This document shows positions 49,947 through 63,354 of a stretch of 64,000 nt of DNA, piece by piece. Position numbers and translations under genes: made by a program. Position 1 is the first letter of the stretch; the number at the start of each line of letters is the position of its first letter. This DNA is from Octopus bimaculoides (lineage: Eukaryota): positions 44,513,817-44,577,816 of the forward strand of contig NC_068993.1 in NCBI RefSeq assembly GCF_001194135.2, read 5' to 3'. Under the pieces are notes generated by a model. It was not told the DNA's origin. It ran no database searches and worked only from the letters and a program-made list of their open reading frames with translations.

Positions 49947-50423
49947 ATTATTGTCATGCAGCTTTTTATCTCCAAAAAAGGAGAATAAATACCACAAAGT
50001 AATTTTGTTTTCAGACACACCAGTTTATCAGTTTTTAACATTGATGTTTACATCTTTCACTTATACACATCAGTGGAATATATATTCATTCAGTTTTACG
50101 TCCATTTTTCCAAGTAAGTGGAGGTTCATGGTCTAGTAGTCGGGGTATTGCACTCGCAATCATAAGATTTCCAGTTTGGTCTCCAGACTGGACTGTGCAA
50201 TGTGTTCTTGAGCAAAACACTCCATTTCATGTTGCTCTGATTCAGTCAGCTGTAGAAGAGCTCCAGCAGTAACTGGGGCAATTAACCCAGCAACAAATCA
50301 ATGCCTTTTACAAGTCTTGCATTCTGAATATTCCACCCTTCGGGGTCATACTACTAACTACTTATTTGTAATTGGTAAACATAACTGGAGCAGGTCATAT
50401 CTAGTTTGCTATCCAGTCTTTAA

Positions 50424-50862
50424 TTCTTTAACTTGTTTCAGTCATTTGACTGCGGCCATGCTGGAGCACCGCCTTTAGTCGAGCAAATCAACCCCAGGAC
50501 TTATTCTTTATTAGCCTAGTACTTATTCTATCGGTCTTTTTTGCCGAACCGCTAAGTTACGGGGACATAAACACACCAGCATCGGTTGTCAAGCGATGTT
50601 GGGTTACAAACACAGACACACAAACATACACACACACGCATACATATATACGACGGGCTTCTTTCAGTTTCCGTCTACCAAATCCACTCACAAGGCTTTG
50701 GTCAGTCCGAGGTTATAGTAGAAGACACTTGTCCAAGGTNNNNNNNNNNCAAGGCTTTGGTCAGTCCGAGGTTATAGTAGAAGACACTTGTCCAAGGTGC
50801 CACGCAGTGGGACTGAACCCGGAACCATGTGATTTGTAAGCAAGCTACTTACCACACAGCCA
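50424..50862 (-). mobile_element. Full-length CORE-type SINE (OR-like) with internal microsatellite
   Basis: tRNA head GTGGCTGTGTGGTAAG…GGGTTCAGTCCC, MIR-CORE-like CCTTGGGCAAG, (TG/TA)n, then tail. Other copies or fragments lie near 8010, 17150, 18060, 23960, 42230, 42755, 44455, 47120, 53385 and 54880. Confidence 0.88.
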
Positions 50863-51169
50863 TCTGTTTACATATTACTGATGGTTCTGATGCCAGCCAC
50901 AGTGGAGGTTAATGGCATTGATTTAGTTGTATGTGGGCAGAGAATGTATGAATGAATGATAGTCTACTTTTTGGGACTCATTGGGAATGGATAGTCTCAT
51001 TTCAAATTTTGTGTAAGTTGTTATCTTCTTGAGTTAACAAAATAAATATCAGTCAAGTACTTGAATCATTCTGTTAACTGGACATATTTATTCCAAAAGA
51101 GATCTCTGGTCAAAGTCAAACCAAGAAGTCAGATTCCATAGCTTTCTGGAAGATCAGCTCTGCCCATAG

Positions 51170-51640
51170 CAATGAAGAAAAGGAGTGGATGCCTGTGATG
51201 ACTAATTGACAAAAGCTTTGTCTTGCCAGCATTAAAAGTTATCAGTCAGTCACTACTCCATTCCATGACCACACAAAGATTATTCTCAAGAAAAACACAC
51301 CATTCAAGGCTGCTAGTTTTATCATGACATGATTAGATTGGTATCATTGGCGTAGAGGGCAAGTTTAGAAATAATATGATCTGGAATGTCATTGATGGAA
51401 AAGAGAAAAATAGTAGGACCAAGTACAGAATTTTGAAGTACTCTAGCATTGATAGTATATGAATCTGTCTTCTGGCTATCAAGAACCACATTGATTCTGC
51501 AGTTTGAAAGAAATGATTTGATGATGTTAAGAAAAGGCCCAGACAAACCATAGCCTCTGAACTAATGGATCAGGCCAACATGTCACACTCTGTCAAAAGC
51601 CTTTGAGATATCAAGATCAATGAGTAACTTCACCGGAAGA
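51170..51640 (-). mobile_element. Jockey/CR1-type LINE RT core fragment
   Basis: LDISKAFDRV…IIKSFLSNCRINVVLD…VLQNSVLGPTIFLFSINDIP…KLALYANDT, with the SKAFD, QGSVLGP and YADD-derived motifs. Confidence 0.82.
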
Positions 51641-51703
51641 GTTAAGTGAATGATAGAAATGGTAAGATATGATAGTGAGAACATCAAGAGTAGACCTAGA
51701 TGT

Positions 51704-52091
51704 TTTGTTTGTTGGCACTCCGTCGCTTACGACGTCGAGGGTTCCAGTTGATCCGATCAATGGAACAGCCTGCTAGTGAAATTAATGTGTAAGTGGCTGA
51801 GCACTCCACAGACACGTGTACCCTTAACATAGTTCTCAGGGATATTCAGCGTGACACAGTGTGACAAGGTGGACCCTTTGAATTACAGGCACAACAGAAA
51901 CAGGAGGTAAGAGTGAGAGAAAGTTGTGGTGAAAGAGTACAGCAGGGTTCGCCACCATCCCCTGCCAGAGCCTCGTGGAGCTTTAGGTGTTTTTGCTCAA
52001 TAAACACTCACAACGCCCGGTCTGGGAATCGAAACCGCGATCCTATGACCGCGAGTCCGCTGCCTTAACCACTGGGCCATTGCGCCTCCAC
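51704..52091 (-). mobile_element. Full-length young tRNA-derived SINE with 12-bp TSD (inverted partner of 49567 copy)
   Basis: Reverse complement of 49567-49946; TSD AGACCTAGATGT at 51692-51703 and 52092-52103. Confidence 0.9.
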
Positions 52092-52337
52092 AGACCTAGA
52101 TGTATGAGAACCATATTGGAAATCGGAAAAAATTCCAGAAGATTCAAGGTGCCTGATCAAAGCCATGCTAATAATGGATTCAAAGACCTTACTAACTACA
52201 GGAAGATAACTTATAGCCCTACACCCAAAATTTGTGGACTTGTTCCAAAATGAAATTACTATAAGAAATCTTCTGTTCTAATAAACTATTTTCCTTTGAT
52301 CTACTTCATAGTAATCTCTGATTCTTTTGTATCTCAG

Positions 52338-52439
52338 GACCCGTCATCTTCCAGTCGCAGTACTGTTGCTGTTGCAGTTGCATCTATGTATGTTTCTGAA
52401 TTACTGCAGAGTTTTGGGATAAACTTTGGTAAACAAACG
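52338..52439 (+). CDS. CARS2: CARS2 exon 10
   Basis: DPSSSSRSTVAVAVASMYVSELLQSFGINFGKQT; ctcag| acceptor, |gtaaat donor; phase 0 to 0. Confidence 0.85.
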
Positions 52440-53135
52440 GTAAATGCCTTTTGTAATATTTCATTATATTTCTGTAATATTTTAATATTTTTTATAAAGG
52501 TGGCAAGCTGGCAGAACCGTTTGCATGCTGGGAAAAATGCTTAGCAACATTTCATCCACCTTTATGTTCTGAGTTCAAATTCCACCAAGGTTGACTTTGC
52601 ATTTCATCCCTTTTGAGTAGTGGGATTGATGTAATTGACTACCTCACCCTCAAATTTGCTGGCCTTGTCCCAAAATTTAAAACCAGTATTTTATTATATT
52701 TCATATATTTTAAAACTTAAGTTTTATAAAAATCTAAGAGTATCTGTGATATGATATCTTCGCTTCGATAGAGTAAGAGAAATGGCAATAACTGTAGAAT
52801 ATTGCATCAAAATGTTTTACATGATTTAGTTTCAGAATTTTCAGTTCCAGTGTCAAATAATCTCATGTTTGACTCTCTAGGAGTCAGTAAAATAAGTACC
52901 AGTAATATTCTTGAATCTATTGATAATACCCTTATCCTTCAAATTCTGATCTTGTGTCTGAATAGAAAAACCTTGTTTACTCAAATCTATGTAACCTCAT
53001 TTCACCTAACTGTCAGTAATATGTATAAAATTTTTCTGCATAACCTTTGGTAATGAGCTCATCTCCAGCATCTACCCTTCATCTGTACATGTATACTTAC
53101 AACTCACATATGAAGATGCATGTTGACTATATATA

Positions 53136-53194
<59 letters not shown>

Positions 53195-53631
53195 GAGTAT
53201 TTTAATACTTCGCTTAGGCATAGCAATATTAATAACCTGGTGTCAATGTACATATGTCAATGTACATATGCTTCAGAATAAAGCCCTTCCTAACGCCAAC
53301 CACTCCATAGAGTTTACTGGGTATCTTTTACGTTTCACCAACCCGGGTGCCTATATCTATACACACACACACACACACACACACACAATGGGCTTCTTTC
53401 ACTTTCCATCTATCAATTCTACTCACAAGGCTTTCATTGGCTCAAGGCTATAGTATAGAAGACACTTGCTTAAGGTGCTACGTAGTGGGACAGAACTCAA
53501 AACCATGTGGCTGGGAAGCAAACTTCTTACTAGTCAGCCCCACTTATGCCTATGCTGATGTTAGAAATTTTTGTTGTGTACCCCATTTAAAGACACCCAC
53601 CTGTATGTACCCTGTCTTGTATCTCTTGCAG

Positions 53632-53752
53632 CAGGAGACAGAGTCCAGCAGTGATCTACAACTGTCTCAAGTCATTAACAGTACAGTGAAATACAGGAAC
53701 AAAATTCGACAGTTTGTTCTAAGCCCTCATGAAGATATATCGTTTGGCAAAG
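53632..53752 (+). CDS. CARS2: CARS2 exon 11 (tandem CAGCAG acceptor; alternative start 53635)
   Basis: (Q)ETESSSDLQLSQVINSTVKYRNKIRQFVLSPHEDISFGKG; |gtaagt donor; phase 0 to 1. Confidence 0.85.
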
Positions 53753-53762
53753 GTAAGTAATT

Positions 53763-54510
53763 TATCACCACCACCCCTACTTTAATGACTTTCATCATCA
53801 CTACCACCACCAATACCACTATCACTACTACAACCACTATTACAACCACTAACACCACCATCAGTATCACAACCACTACCACCATCACTACAATCATCAC
53901 TATATTCATTAGCTTCATCTAGATTACAGCCACGACCACCACTGCTATCACTACCACTACTACCATCACTATTACTATCACTATTCACCACCACTGCTAT
54001 CACCATCACAATAATCATCGCTATATTCATCACTACCACCACCATTAGGAGCACTCCGTCAGTTACGACAACGAGGGTCCCAGCTGATACAATCAACGGA
54101 ACAGCTTGCTCGTGAAATTAACGTGCAAGTGGCTGAGCACTCCACAGACACGTGTACCCTTAACGTAGTTCTCGGGGATATTCAGCGTGACACAGAGTGT
54201 GACAAGGCTGGCCCTTTGAAATACAGACACAACTCATTTTTGCCAGCTGAGTGGACTGGAGCAACGTGAAATAAAGTGTCTTACTCAAGGACACAATGAG
54301 TCGCCAGGAATTGAACTCACGACCTTACGATCGTGAGCCAAATCCCCTAACCGCTAAGCCACAAACCTTCACACCACCACCACCACCATTACTACGACCA
54401 CTACTACCACACAATCTCTCACCACCACCATCACCACAATCTTCACAACCACCACCACCACTATTACCATAACTACAATCATCACTATATTCATCACTAC
54501 CACCACTTCT
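53763..54510. repeat. Degenerate (CAC/CAT/TAC)n low-complexity tract interrupted by a SINE
   Basis: ACC/ATC-rich triplet repeats on both sides of 54048-54372. Confidence 0.85.
54048..54372 (-). mobile_element. Chimeric SINE (head of the 9575 family + tail of the 49567 family)
   Basis: 54048-54210 matches the 3' half of 51704-52091; 54210-54372 matches the GCTGAGTGGACTGGAGCAAC head family. Flanked by ACCACCACCATTA. Confidence 0.75.
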
Positions 54511-54734
54511 ATTGTCATTAACAACTTAAATAAAAACAAAAAAAACGAAGAATCATCAGTAGATCGTACCTTAAGAAAGGTGGTTTATTGTCTGTGACCC
54601 ATGAATTTATCTCTAATTTCACCCACCACCCTTAAACATTTCATATTTTCATGTCTGTTACAAACTATTTTAAAATTCATTGAAATACTCTTGTTTGTTA
54701 GACATGACGAAATTCTTTCTTTCTTTCATTCCAG

Positions 54735-54853
54735 ATTATGAAGATCTCAACAAGAAAGAAAAGAAGAAACTAAAATTCCAAGCTCTCCAGCCTCTAATTT
54801 CTTCTTCTGATGATATTCGTAAAGAATTTGCAGCCATGGATATACAAATAATT
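54735..54853 (+). CDS. CARS2: CARS2 exon 12
   Basis: DYEDLNKKEKKKLKFQALQPLISSSDDIRKEFAAMDIQII (cf. LL…CD.LR..L…GI.I.D); phase 1 to 0. Confidence 0.87.
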
Positions 54854-55670
54854 GTAAGATTGATTGTTCCCATCAGGCATGAGTGGCTATGTGGTTAAGA
54901 AGTTCATTTGCCAGCCATGTGGTTTTGGGTGCAATCCCAACTTGAACAAGAGTCTTCTACTATAGCACCAGGCCAACCAAAGTCTTATAACATGGATTCA
55001 TTAGATGGAAACTGAAAGAAGCCTAGTGTGTGTGTGTATGAACCTACCTACCTAGCCAGCTGGGTAGCATCATTTGAAAGCTACAACATTGCTTTATTCC
55101 CTACAACAGTAGGGTATAACAACATCTGATCTGACCGATACAGTGATATGTGTATACAGTGGACTTCTTTCAGTTTCTATTAAGCAAATATGTTTGTATG
55201 TCATGTCCACATCATTTAACGTCTGTTTTTCCATGCCAGCATGGGTTGGACAGTTTAACAGAATCCAACAAGCTGCAAGGTTGCATTGACCTTTAGTGTC
55301 AGTATGTGTGTGTGTGTATATATATATATATAATCACCATCATTTAACATCCGTTCTCCATACTGGCATGGATTGGACCAAGTGTCAGTCATCTGTTTTG
55401 GCATGGTTTCTACAGCTGGATGCCCTTTCTAATCCCAACCACTTGGGGTAAAGTCAACCTCGGCAAAATTTGAACTCCGAACCTAAAGGCGGACAAAATG
55501 CCAGTACGCATTTTGCCTGGTGTCATAACGATTCTACCAGCCTGCTGCCTTAAACAACATAATATTAAGAATATTCATTGTATGCGTTTAATTACTGATA
55601 AAAGTAATGCTCCCTATTTAACAATAATTTCATCCTATATTTAGAAGTTCTTTCATTTTTCTGTTTATAG

Positions 55671-55730
55671 GATTATCAAAATGACTCTTCATGGAAAATT
55701 GTGACAACGAAAAAGAAAAAAGAAAATTAA
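55671..55730 (+). CDS. CARS2: CARS2 terminal exon 13
   Basis: tttatag| then DYQNDSSWKIVTTKKKKEN* (D…S.W end motif of CysRS). The 13 exons total 1806 nt = 601 aa + stop. Confidence 0.85.
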   Translation, partial: DYQNDSSWKIVTTKKKKEN

Positions 55731-57996
55731 GAAGTTGAACATTAGATCTTCAGACAAAAAAAAAAAATACTCGCAGTGTGGAGTTTATGACCCTGCACAT
55801 TCTGCTGTTCAACTTGGTATCCAGATTTTTTTTTTCTACCTTCCTGGTAAAGTACTTGTCAGATCTTGGAATTGATTTAAATTTTCCTATAAAGCATCCT
55901 GGATGTGAATTGAATATTAATAGAAGTGACAAGACAGAAGAAGAAATGCATAAATTAAAATAAAAATTATAAAAATACAGGTAATATTTTTAAATGAAAC
56001 TGTGATAATAAGAAATCAGTGATATGAGAGATTGGCTGGACATAAAATATATGAAACTTGGCTAATGTGCATAAATCTAGTTATTTATTTGAAAGCCTCA
56101 TCTGTGAAGATTGCAGACAAAGTGGAAACCTCTTATTTTTCTTTTAAATAAACAGAAAAATAATTAAGACTACATGCACATGCACACACATATACAGACA
56201 CACACATCAATTTCTGGAACCTTCAGTTCCAAGACCTTTCCAGATTATTGATTTTCCCAAACTAAGGGTGGTCATCTCTAAATTAAATAAATATTACTGT
56301 ACCTATACATTAGTATAAATGATACAATTTTATTAATACTGTACTGTGCAAGGTACTGTGAAACAGGGCCACACAGTAAATTTGTCTGGTGGCTGCAGGA
56401 ATTTGAAGTTCCTACTCATAAACTAATGCAGATTATAAGAGGTTCTAGACCACCAGTGTCTGGAAAGTCAGTGTTGTGTGCCTTTGTGTATATATTCATC
56501 TATATATACTTATGTATTTGTGTGTGTGTAATGGTAGCATATCAGTGTATAACTAATTTGCATATTGTACATTAATCAGCAACATGATTAATTAGATAAA
56601 ATACGTGTTTATATAGGACACAGCATAATTTAGAATACCTAAAAAAAGAAATTCAACAATGGATAGTGAGCTGTAGATTTTGGAAGAAATCATTGGAATA
56701 AAAGATGTTTTGTTTCATACAATTAATGATGTTTCTTCATTAGAATATTTTTTCACAAAAATTCACCACCAATAATAAATATTGTAAGAAGAAATATTTG
56801 TATTTTTATGAATAAAAAAATGTCGAATTTTTCCCTTTTTATGTTACTTGTTATTTAGTCATCATCATCACCATTTAACATCTGCTTTTCTGTACTAGTA
56901 TATGCTGGATGGTTTGACAGGAACCAACAAACCAGAAACCTGCACCATGCTCTACTGTTTACTTTGCCATGGTTTCTACAACTGGATGCCCTTTGTAAGG
57001 TCAACCACATTACAGTTTGCACCGGTGCCTTTTATGTAGCACCAACATTAATGATGTCACAAAGTAACTTGCAAGGCAAGTCGCATCCGTTAATACTACA
57101 CACCCTCAAATGAGAGGTTTTAGTATTGAGGGGGGTGGATTTATGCCAGGTGATGTAAGGTTGAAGTATAACAAAGGGACAGGAACAGATGTCTTGCAAT
57201 AGAAGAGGTACATGGCTACCCGAGCTGGAAAAGAAAAGAAAGTGAAGAAGTGTCAGGGCATACCCTCAAGTTACAGAGAACGGAACATAAGGGAAGCGGT
57301 TCAGAGGATTTGACAGGAGGAATGGATAGGTAGGTTTGCAAGAGTGTCAAATGAATAAAATTTAAACAAACAGGTTATATTTAATACAGTTAGATATATA
57401 ACACTATTATGTTGTCAGTTAATGGAAAGATTATGGGGAAATCATTTAAGGGCTGTGTTTTGGGCATCTGTTGACCTTAATCTAAACCTAAATGTCAAAC
57501 ATTCCTTAATTCTGTAGTAAGTGTTTAAACTTGGAGGACTATACTGTCCTTGCAGTCTCATTAAAATAAGGTGGACTTAACCATTGGGAGTTATGTGAAC
57601 TGGTGACAAGACATGAATTGCTAGCCTCTTGATTGGTGTTTAGTACCAGCTTAGTTGTGATCTAACAGTCCTCTGATCAAAGGTATTCCAGCCATAGCCA
57701 TCCCTCTTATTTTTTACAATCACAATATACCTAGGGCTTGACAATATGTTCTGCCAATAGTACAGTAGGATGAAATTTGAGGGAGATTTGACTGCTATTT
57801 CTAACAGATCAAGTGGCTATTTGGAGGTTTGCTTATGAACTTCCTTCTTGTTTGATAGTTTGGTCCTGTGTCAGTTTAAACATTAGTCTTCACTGACGAG
57901 CCAATACAGGATTAAGATGCATTTGCTCAACTGCAAACCTATCCAATCCATTTCAACAAAAATATACACCATGTAATATATGTATGTGTGTGTATG

Positions 57997-58039
<43 letters not shown>

Positions 58040-58349
58040 NNNNNNNNNNNNNNNNNNNNNNNNNNNNNNNNNNNNNNNNNNNNNNNNNNNNNNNNNNNNN
58101 NNNNNNNNNNNNNNNNNNNNNNNNNNNNNNNNNNNNNNNNNNNNNNNNNNNNNNNNNNNNNNNNNNNNNNNNNNNNNNNNNNNNNNNNNNNNNNNNNNNN
58201 NNNNNNNNNNNNNNNNNNNNNNNNNNNNNNNNNNNNNNNNNNNNNNNNNNNNNNNNNNNNNNNNNNNNNNNNNNNNNNNNNNNNNNNNNNNNNNNNNNNN
58301 NNNNNNNNNNNNNNNNNNNNNNNNNNNNNNNNNNNNNNNNNNNNNNNNN

Positions 58350-58458
58350 GTTCAGTCCCACTGCGTGGCACCTTGGGCAAGTGTCTTCTACTATAGCCTT
58401 GGGCTGACCAAAGCCTTGTGAGTGGATTTGGTAGACGGAAACTGAAAGAAGCCCGTCG

Positions 58459-58493
<35 letters not shown>

Positions 58494-58705
58494 GTATGTG
58501 TGTTTGTGTGTCTGTGTTTGTCCCCCCACCATCGCTTGACAACCGATGGTGGTGTGTTTACATCCCCGTAACTTAGCAGTTCGGCAAAAGAGTCCGATAG
58601 AATAAGTACTAGGCTTCCAAAGAATAAGTCCTGGGGTCGATTTGCTCGACTAAAGGCGGTGCTCCAGCATGGCTGCAGTCAAATGACTGAAACAAGTAAA
58701 AGAGA
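58350..58705 (+). mobile_element. CORE-type SINE with internal (TA)n, 5' end in gap
   Basis: Reverse complement of 50424-50862, CpG-rich (young). Confidence 0.88.
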
Positions 58706-59105
58706 GTTCTAAAAGAACATTAAAACGATTATGATTGATTGTGCTGGAAATTGCAATGCTGTTATTGGTGATTATGACAATAGTGAGTGACAATGATCAT
58801 TCAAAATATTATAATGACAACAATGACGATTTTGTCACAATATACACACATAATATTTAACAAAAGACAGGTGACAGTGACTTTGAAGTTTCAGTCTACT
58901 GCATTTATCAGACAGTCAAAGGCTAGCAGGCTGAATCTTAAACTTAGAAGTCATTATCAACTCTCTTGTAAATGTATAATAAATATGTACTCTACAAAAA
59001 AGTACCAAGCAATTCTAAATTAGTATTAGTCAATATATAAGCAAAATATATATATATATATTTGTTTTGCAAGATTTTTGATGTGAAATCGTGTGTTGAA
59101 ACAGA

Positions 59106-59575
59106 TGTTGTACTTGGGGATGGTCATATTGCTAGTTTAGCCAATAAAAACACACGTACTGTATATTTGGTGCTAATTTGCTTCAGCTTTATATTACATT
59201 ATATTACATTAATCCTATTTCGGCCAGAGTTCTTTCATCACACTTCTGACCTCATCAGTGGTCCTTTGCTTTCTTCTTTCTTATGTGTGTCCCACCTTGC
59301 TAACTATCGGCCATTTTGTATTTTGTATTCCTATTGTATGTGTCTACGCATGCGTATCCCTCAATGTGTGTCTATGATAGTTAGCAAGGTGGGACACACA
59401 TAAGAAAGAAGAAAGCAAAGGACCACTGATGTGGTGACAGAAGTGTGACGAAAGAACTCTGGCTGAAATAGGATTAATGTAATATAATATAAAGCTGGAG
59501 CAAATTAACACCAAATATACAGTGCGTGTGTTTTTATTGGCTAAACTGGCAATATGACCATCCCCAAGTACAACA
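59106..59575. mobile_element. Foldback element/MITE with ~200-bp inverted arms
   Basis: 59106-59308 is the reverse complement of 59376-59575 with few mismatches; flanked by (TA)n tracts. Confidence 0.85.
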
Positions 59576-59613
<38 letters not shown>

Positions 59614-59820
59614 ATTAGCATACCTGTATCATCAAAGATACCTACAGTCTCATTAATGACAGAAAATTGTGCATCAAAACAATGGGAGAAACCACTGATA
59701 AAGTTCAGCAATCAAGTGAATATATGTACATACACAGAATTGAAGCACTTGAACAATCAAATATGGGTGTAATGCCTCGATTTAGAATATTATTGTCCAT
59801 GTAATATATGTATGTGTGTG

Positions 59821-59855
<35 letters not shown>

Positions 59856-60449
59856 TTCAACCACTACTGTGGTTGAATATATTCTTAAGTTCACCATTTC
59901 GTCAATCACAGCAGCTTCCAGGCTTGACTACTAATTCAGCTCTCAAATAAATTGCAAACTGTTAATAGTTTTAAAGAGGACACCTCTTCAGCGACACTTT
60001 GGCATAAATAGTTTGAGATTTGGTTCAGTAGAAAAAAAAATTTACATCAAAATAGCTACGACCTCAAGAGGCAGATATTCATCTTCAATTAACATAAATT
60101 TTTTTAATTTTAAATTAAAAGTAACTACAGTTTGTTATCATTGAGTATCTCTGACTGTTACTCACTCCCACTCTGTTTGTTGTTTCAGCTTCCCTATGCC
60201 AGTGTGACCAATGTGAAACATTGTATTTAATTATAAGTAAGATAAGAAAAGATTAGTTAAGCATTAAGAAAGCAGAATCAACTTTCAAATACAAAGGACA
60301 AACAGAAGAATGCAGTAGAGACTCTGTTACAGCAAGGAAGTAGAGACACTGTTGGATAAACTTAGATAAACTTAGATATGTTTTGACCAAAGATTGGTCC
60401 AGGCCATGTCTAACTTAATAGCACCATCTGATAGGATTATCTAAATCCT

Positions 60450-60640
60450 TTTTAAGTCAAGTTTTGTTTATGGTCCATTCAAGTAGTAAGTTCTTGTTGA
60501 GTGAGTTGTATCCAGGTATGGGTGGCTTATCTGGTATTCCTTGAAGAAATCTGTCCACACTCCATTTAAATAATTTAGAAAACTTTAAACTTTCATTAAA
60601 CATTATGAAACAAATACAAAACTTAAACAGAACGCCTCCA
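60450..60640 (-). mobile_element. CR1/L2-type LINE 3' end fragment
   Basis: FKWSVDRFLQGIPDKPPIPGYNSLNKNLLLEW, homologous to 18420-18735. Confidence 0.7.
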
Positions 60641-61089
60641 GCTCGTGTCAGATGATTTTGAAAGCAAATCTTATAAACTGGAACAAATTCAACAGCTTCA
60701 AACACTAAAGTGTTACTCACAAAAATAGTATATATATCATCATCATCGTTTAGTGTCCTCTTTCCATGCTGGCATGGGTTAGATGGCTTGACATGGAGCT
60801 TGCTGGCAAGGAGCTGTCCAGACTCCAACTGTTTATTGTGACGTGGTTTTTATAGTTTGATGCCTTTCCTAATGCCAACCACTTAAAAGAGTGTCTTGGG
60901 TGTATTTTACGTATATATATACATATACAAAGATATGTAGTATATTATATATGTTAATGTGTATTCATATATTTATATATGTACATATGTGTGTTTGTAC
61001 ATGTTTTTATAGCTATGTGTGCATGTGTGTGTATTTAGATACATTTGTATATACACACACACACACACAAATTCCTCATTAATATTAAA

Positions 61090-61210
<121 letters not shown>

Positions 61211-61544
61211 GTTGGCTCATTTCTGACTAAGTTGCTGAGATTTCATTAAGAACAACTTATTTCCAATGGTTAAGGCATGCTTTCTATGAGATGGATGATT
61301 GATAGATACCATTAGTAAACTTTTTCAAGGGGTATTTAGGGGGCTTCTCACTCTCATACCCTCACCACAACCACAGGAACCCCTACCCTTCTTCTATTCT
61401 GTTATTTAATAGTCTCGTTGGTCATGCATGTGTCCCCTATTAATCAGAGTCTCCTGAGAGGCTGACATCAAAGCAATGCACATGCTTGATGTAGGAGGAT
61501 GTGATGGTAGGGGTGCATAAAGATCAGTTGTAGTGGTAGTGGTG

Positions 61545-61653
61545 GTGGTGGTGGCAGTGGTGGTGGTGGTGGTGGCAGTGGTGGTGGTGGTGGTGGTGGT
61601 GACAGAATTTCTTTATACATAATCAATGTCCATTTTTCACATCGCCTCTCTCA

Positions 61654-61705
<52 letters not shown>

Positions 61706-62108
61706 TATCATTATTATTTATCATTATTATCTCCATTCCCTGCTCTTTGCACAGAAATGCCCCACTGCACTGAATTTGGCAAAACATCAGAATAAATGAT
61801 GCCTTGGGATAGAAGACCTTCTCCAAACTGTACTAATGTTAAATATCATGCCTGTTTCCTTATCATTCTCTTTCGTTTCTTCATATTTTCCTGCCAATTA
61901 ACCTATTGAGAGTATATAATGGAGAAAAATAGAGAGAGAGGAAAAGAAAGGCGGAAGATATAAATAGAAAAATTGCAAGACATTGGGTGAGAAAGAGACA
62001 GTGATACAAAGACACACACACACATACATGCACATATATAAATACACACACATACAGACATACATATATGCACAAATATAAATAGACACACATACACACA
62101 CACACACA

Positions 62109-62158
<50 letters not shown>

Positions 62159-62284
62159 TAAATATATATACATACATATGTACATATATATACATACTTA
62201 CATAAGCAATATTGTCATATATATGTCTGCGTATATGTATATGCATATCATAAGCAGCAATACTATCAAAACTGTGTGAGTATG

Positions 62285-62324
<40 letters not shown>

Positions 62325-62811
62325 AAGGGGGAGGGAGGAGAGAAATAAAAAATAAGAGAGAGAACGAAGGTTGAAGAGAAAAAAAGTTACAATTGAAGGG
62401 GAAAAGATGCAAAAGAAAGACAATGTCTTTTAGAATTTGCAAATCAGTTAAATGAAGCCATTAGTGATAAAAAGTTCATTGTGAAATCAGGGCTCTATAA
62501 AAAGGTCTTGTGTATGACTGGAAGAATAAAGATATGGAGAAGAGATTGAGTGCTTTGGTTTACTGCCCAGAGGACCTGGGAAAGAGCTTTGCCTATGCAA
62601 GTATGAGATTATCCATGGAACAGTGCTGGTACTGTTGTGAAATGGTAACAGTGGCACAAGAGTTCATTTGAATATGTTGTTATGGTGAGATGGTGGGGAA
62701 GCGATAAAAAATGAAAAGGAGATAGTAAGAGATAGATTAGATAGATAGATAGATAGATAGATAGACAGATAGAAAGATAGATAGATAGATACATACATAC
62801 ATACATAGAGG

Positions 62812-62854
<43 letters not shown>

Positions 62855-63158
62855 AGAAATTGTAGGAATTCAGAGAAGAGAAGCAAAGTCCACAGATTTT
62901 AAATGATTTTTATAAATACATAAGAGAAACAAAATAATCAACATTGTTGCTAATGACATTTTGGAGATAGTACAAAGATTGCTGTGTTATATATATATAT
63001 ATGTATGTATATATATATTTTTTGAAGCTGATGATTCACTTCTCTGCAACTGTGTGTATATGTATTTATTTAGGCAACAAAACGGAAAATCATTTGTTCA
63101 AATAAATAAACTTTTATATCATATACTGAGTAATTTTCCTCACATTTGTACACCCAAG

Positions 63159-63208
<50 letters not shown>

Positions 63209-63261
63209 CCAACCCATGCAAGCATAGAAAAGTGGACGTTAAAATAATATATACACACACT

Positions 63262-63354
<93 letters not shown>

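Noticed and set aside
50691-50798. 49-bp tandem duplication within a SINE
   Set aside because: It sits on both sides of a 10-N gap, so it is almost certainly a contig-overlap artefact.
49567-52091. Composite transposon (inverted ends enclosing an RT fragment)
   Set aside because: Each SINE has its own distinct TSD, so the insertions were independent and the enclosed LINE fragment is incidental.
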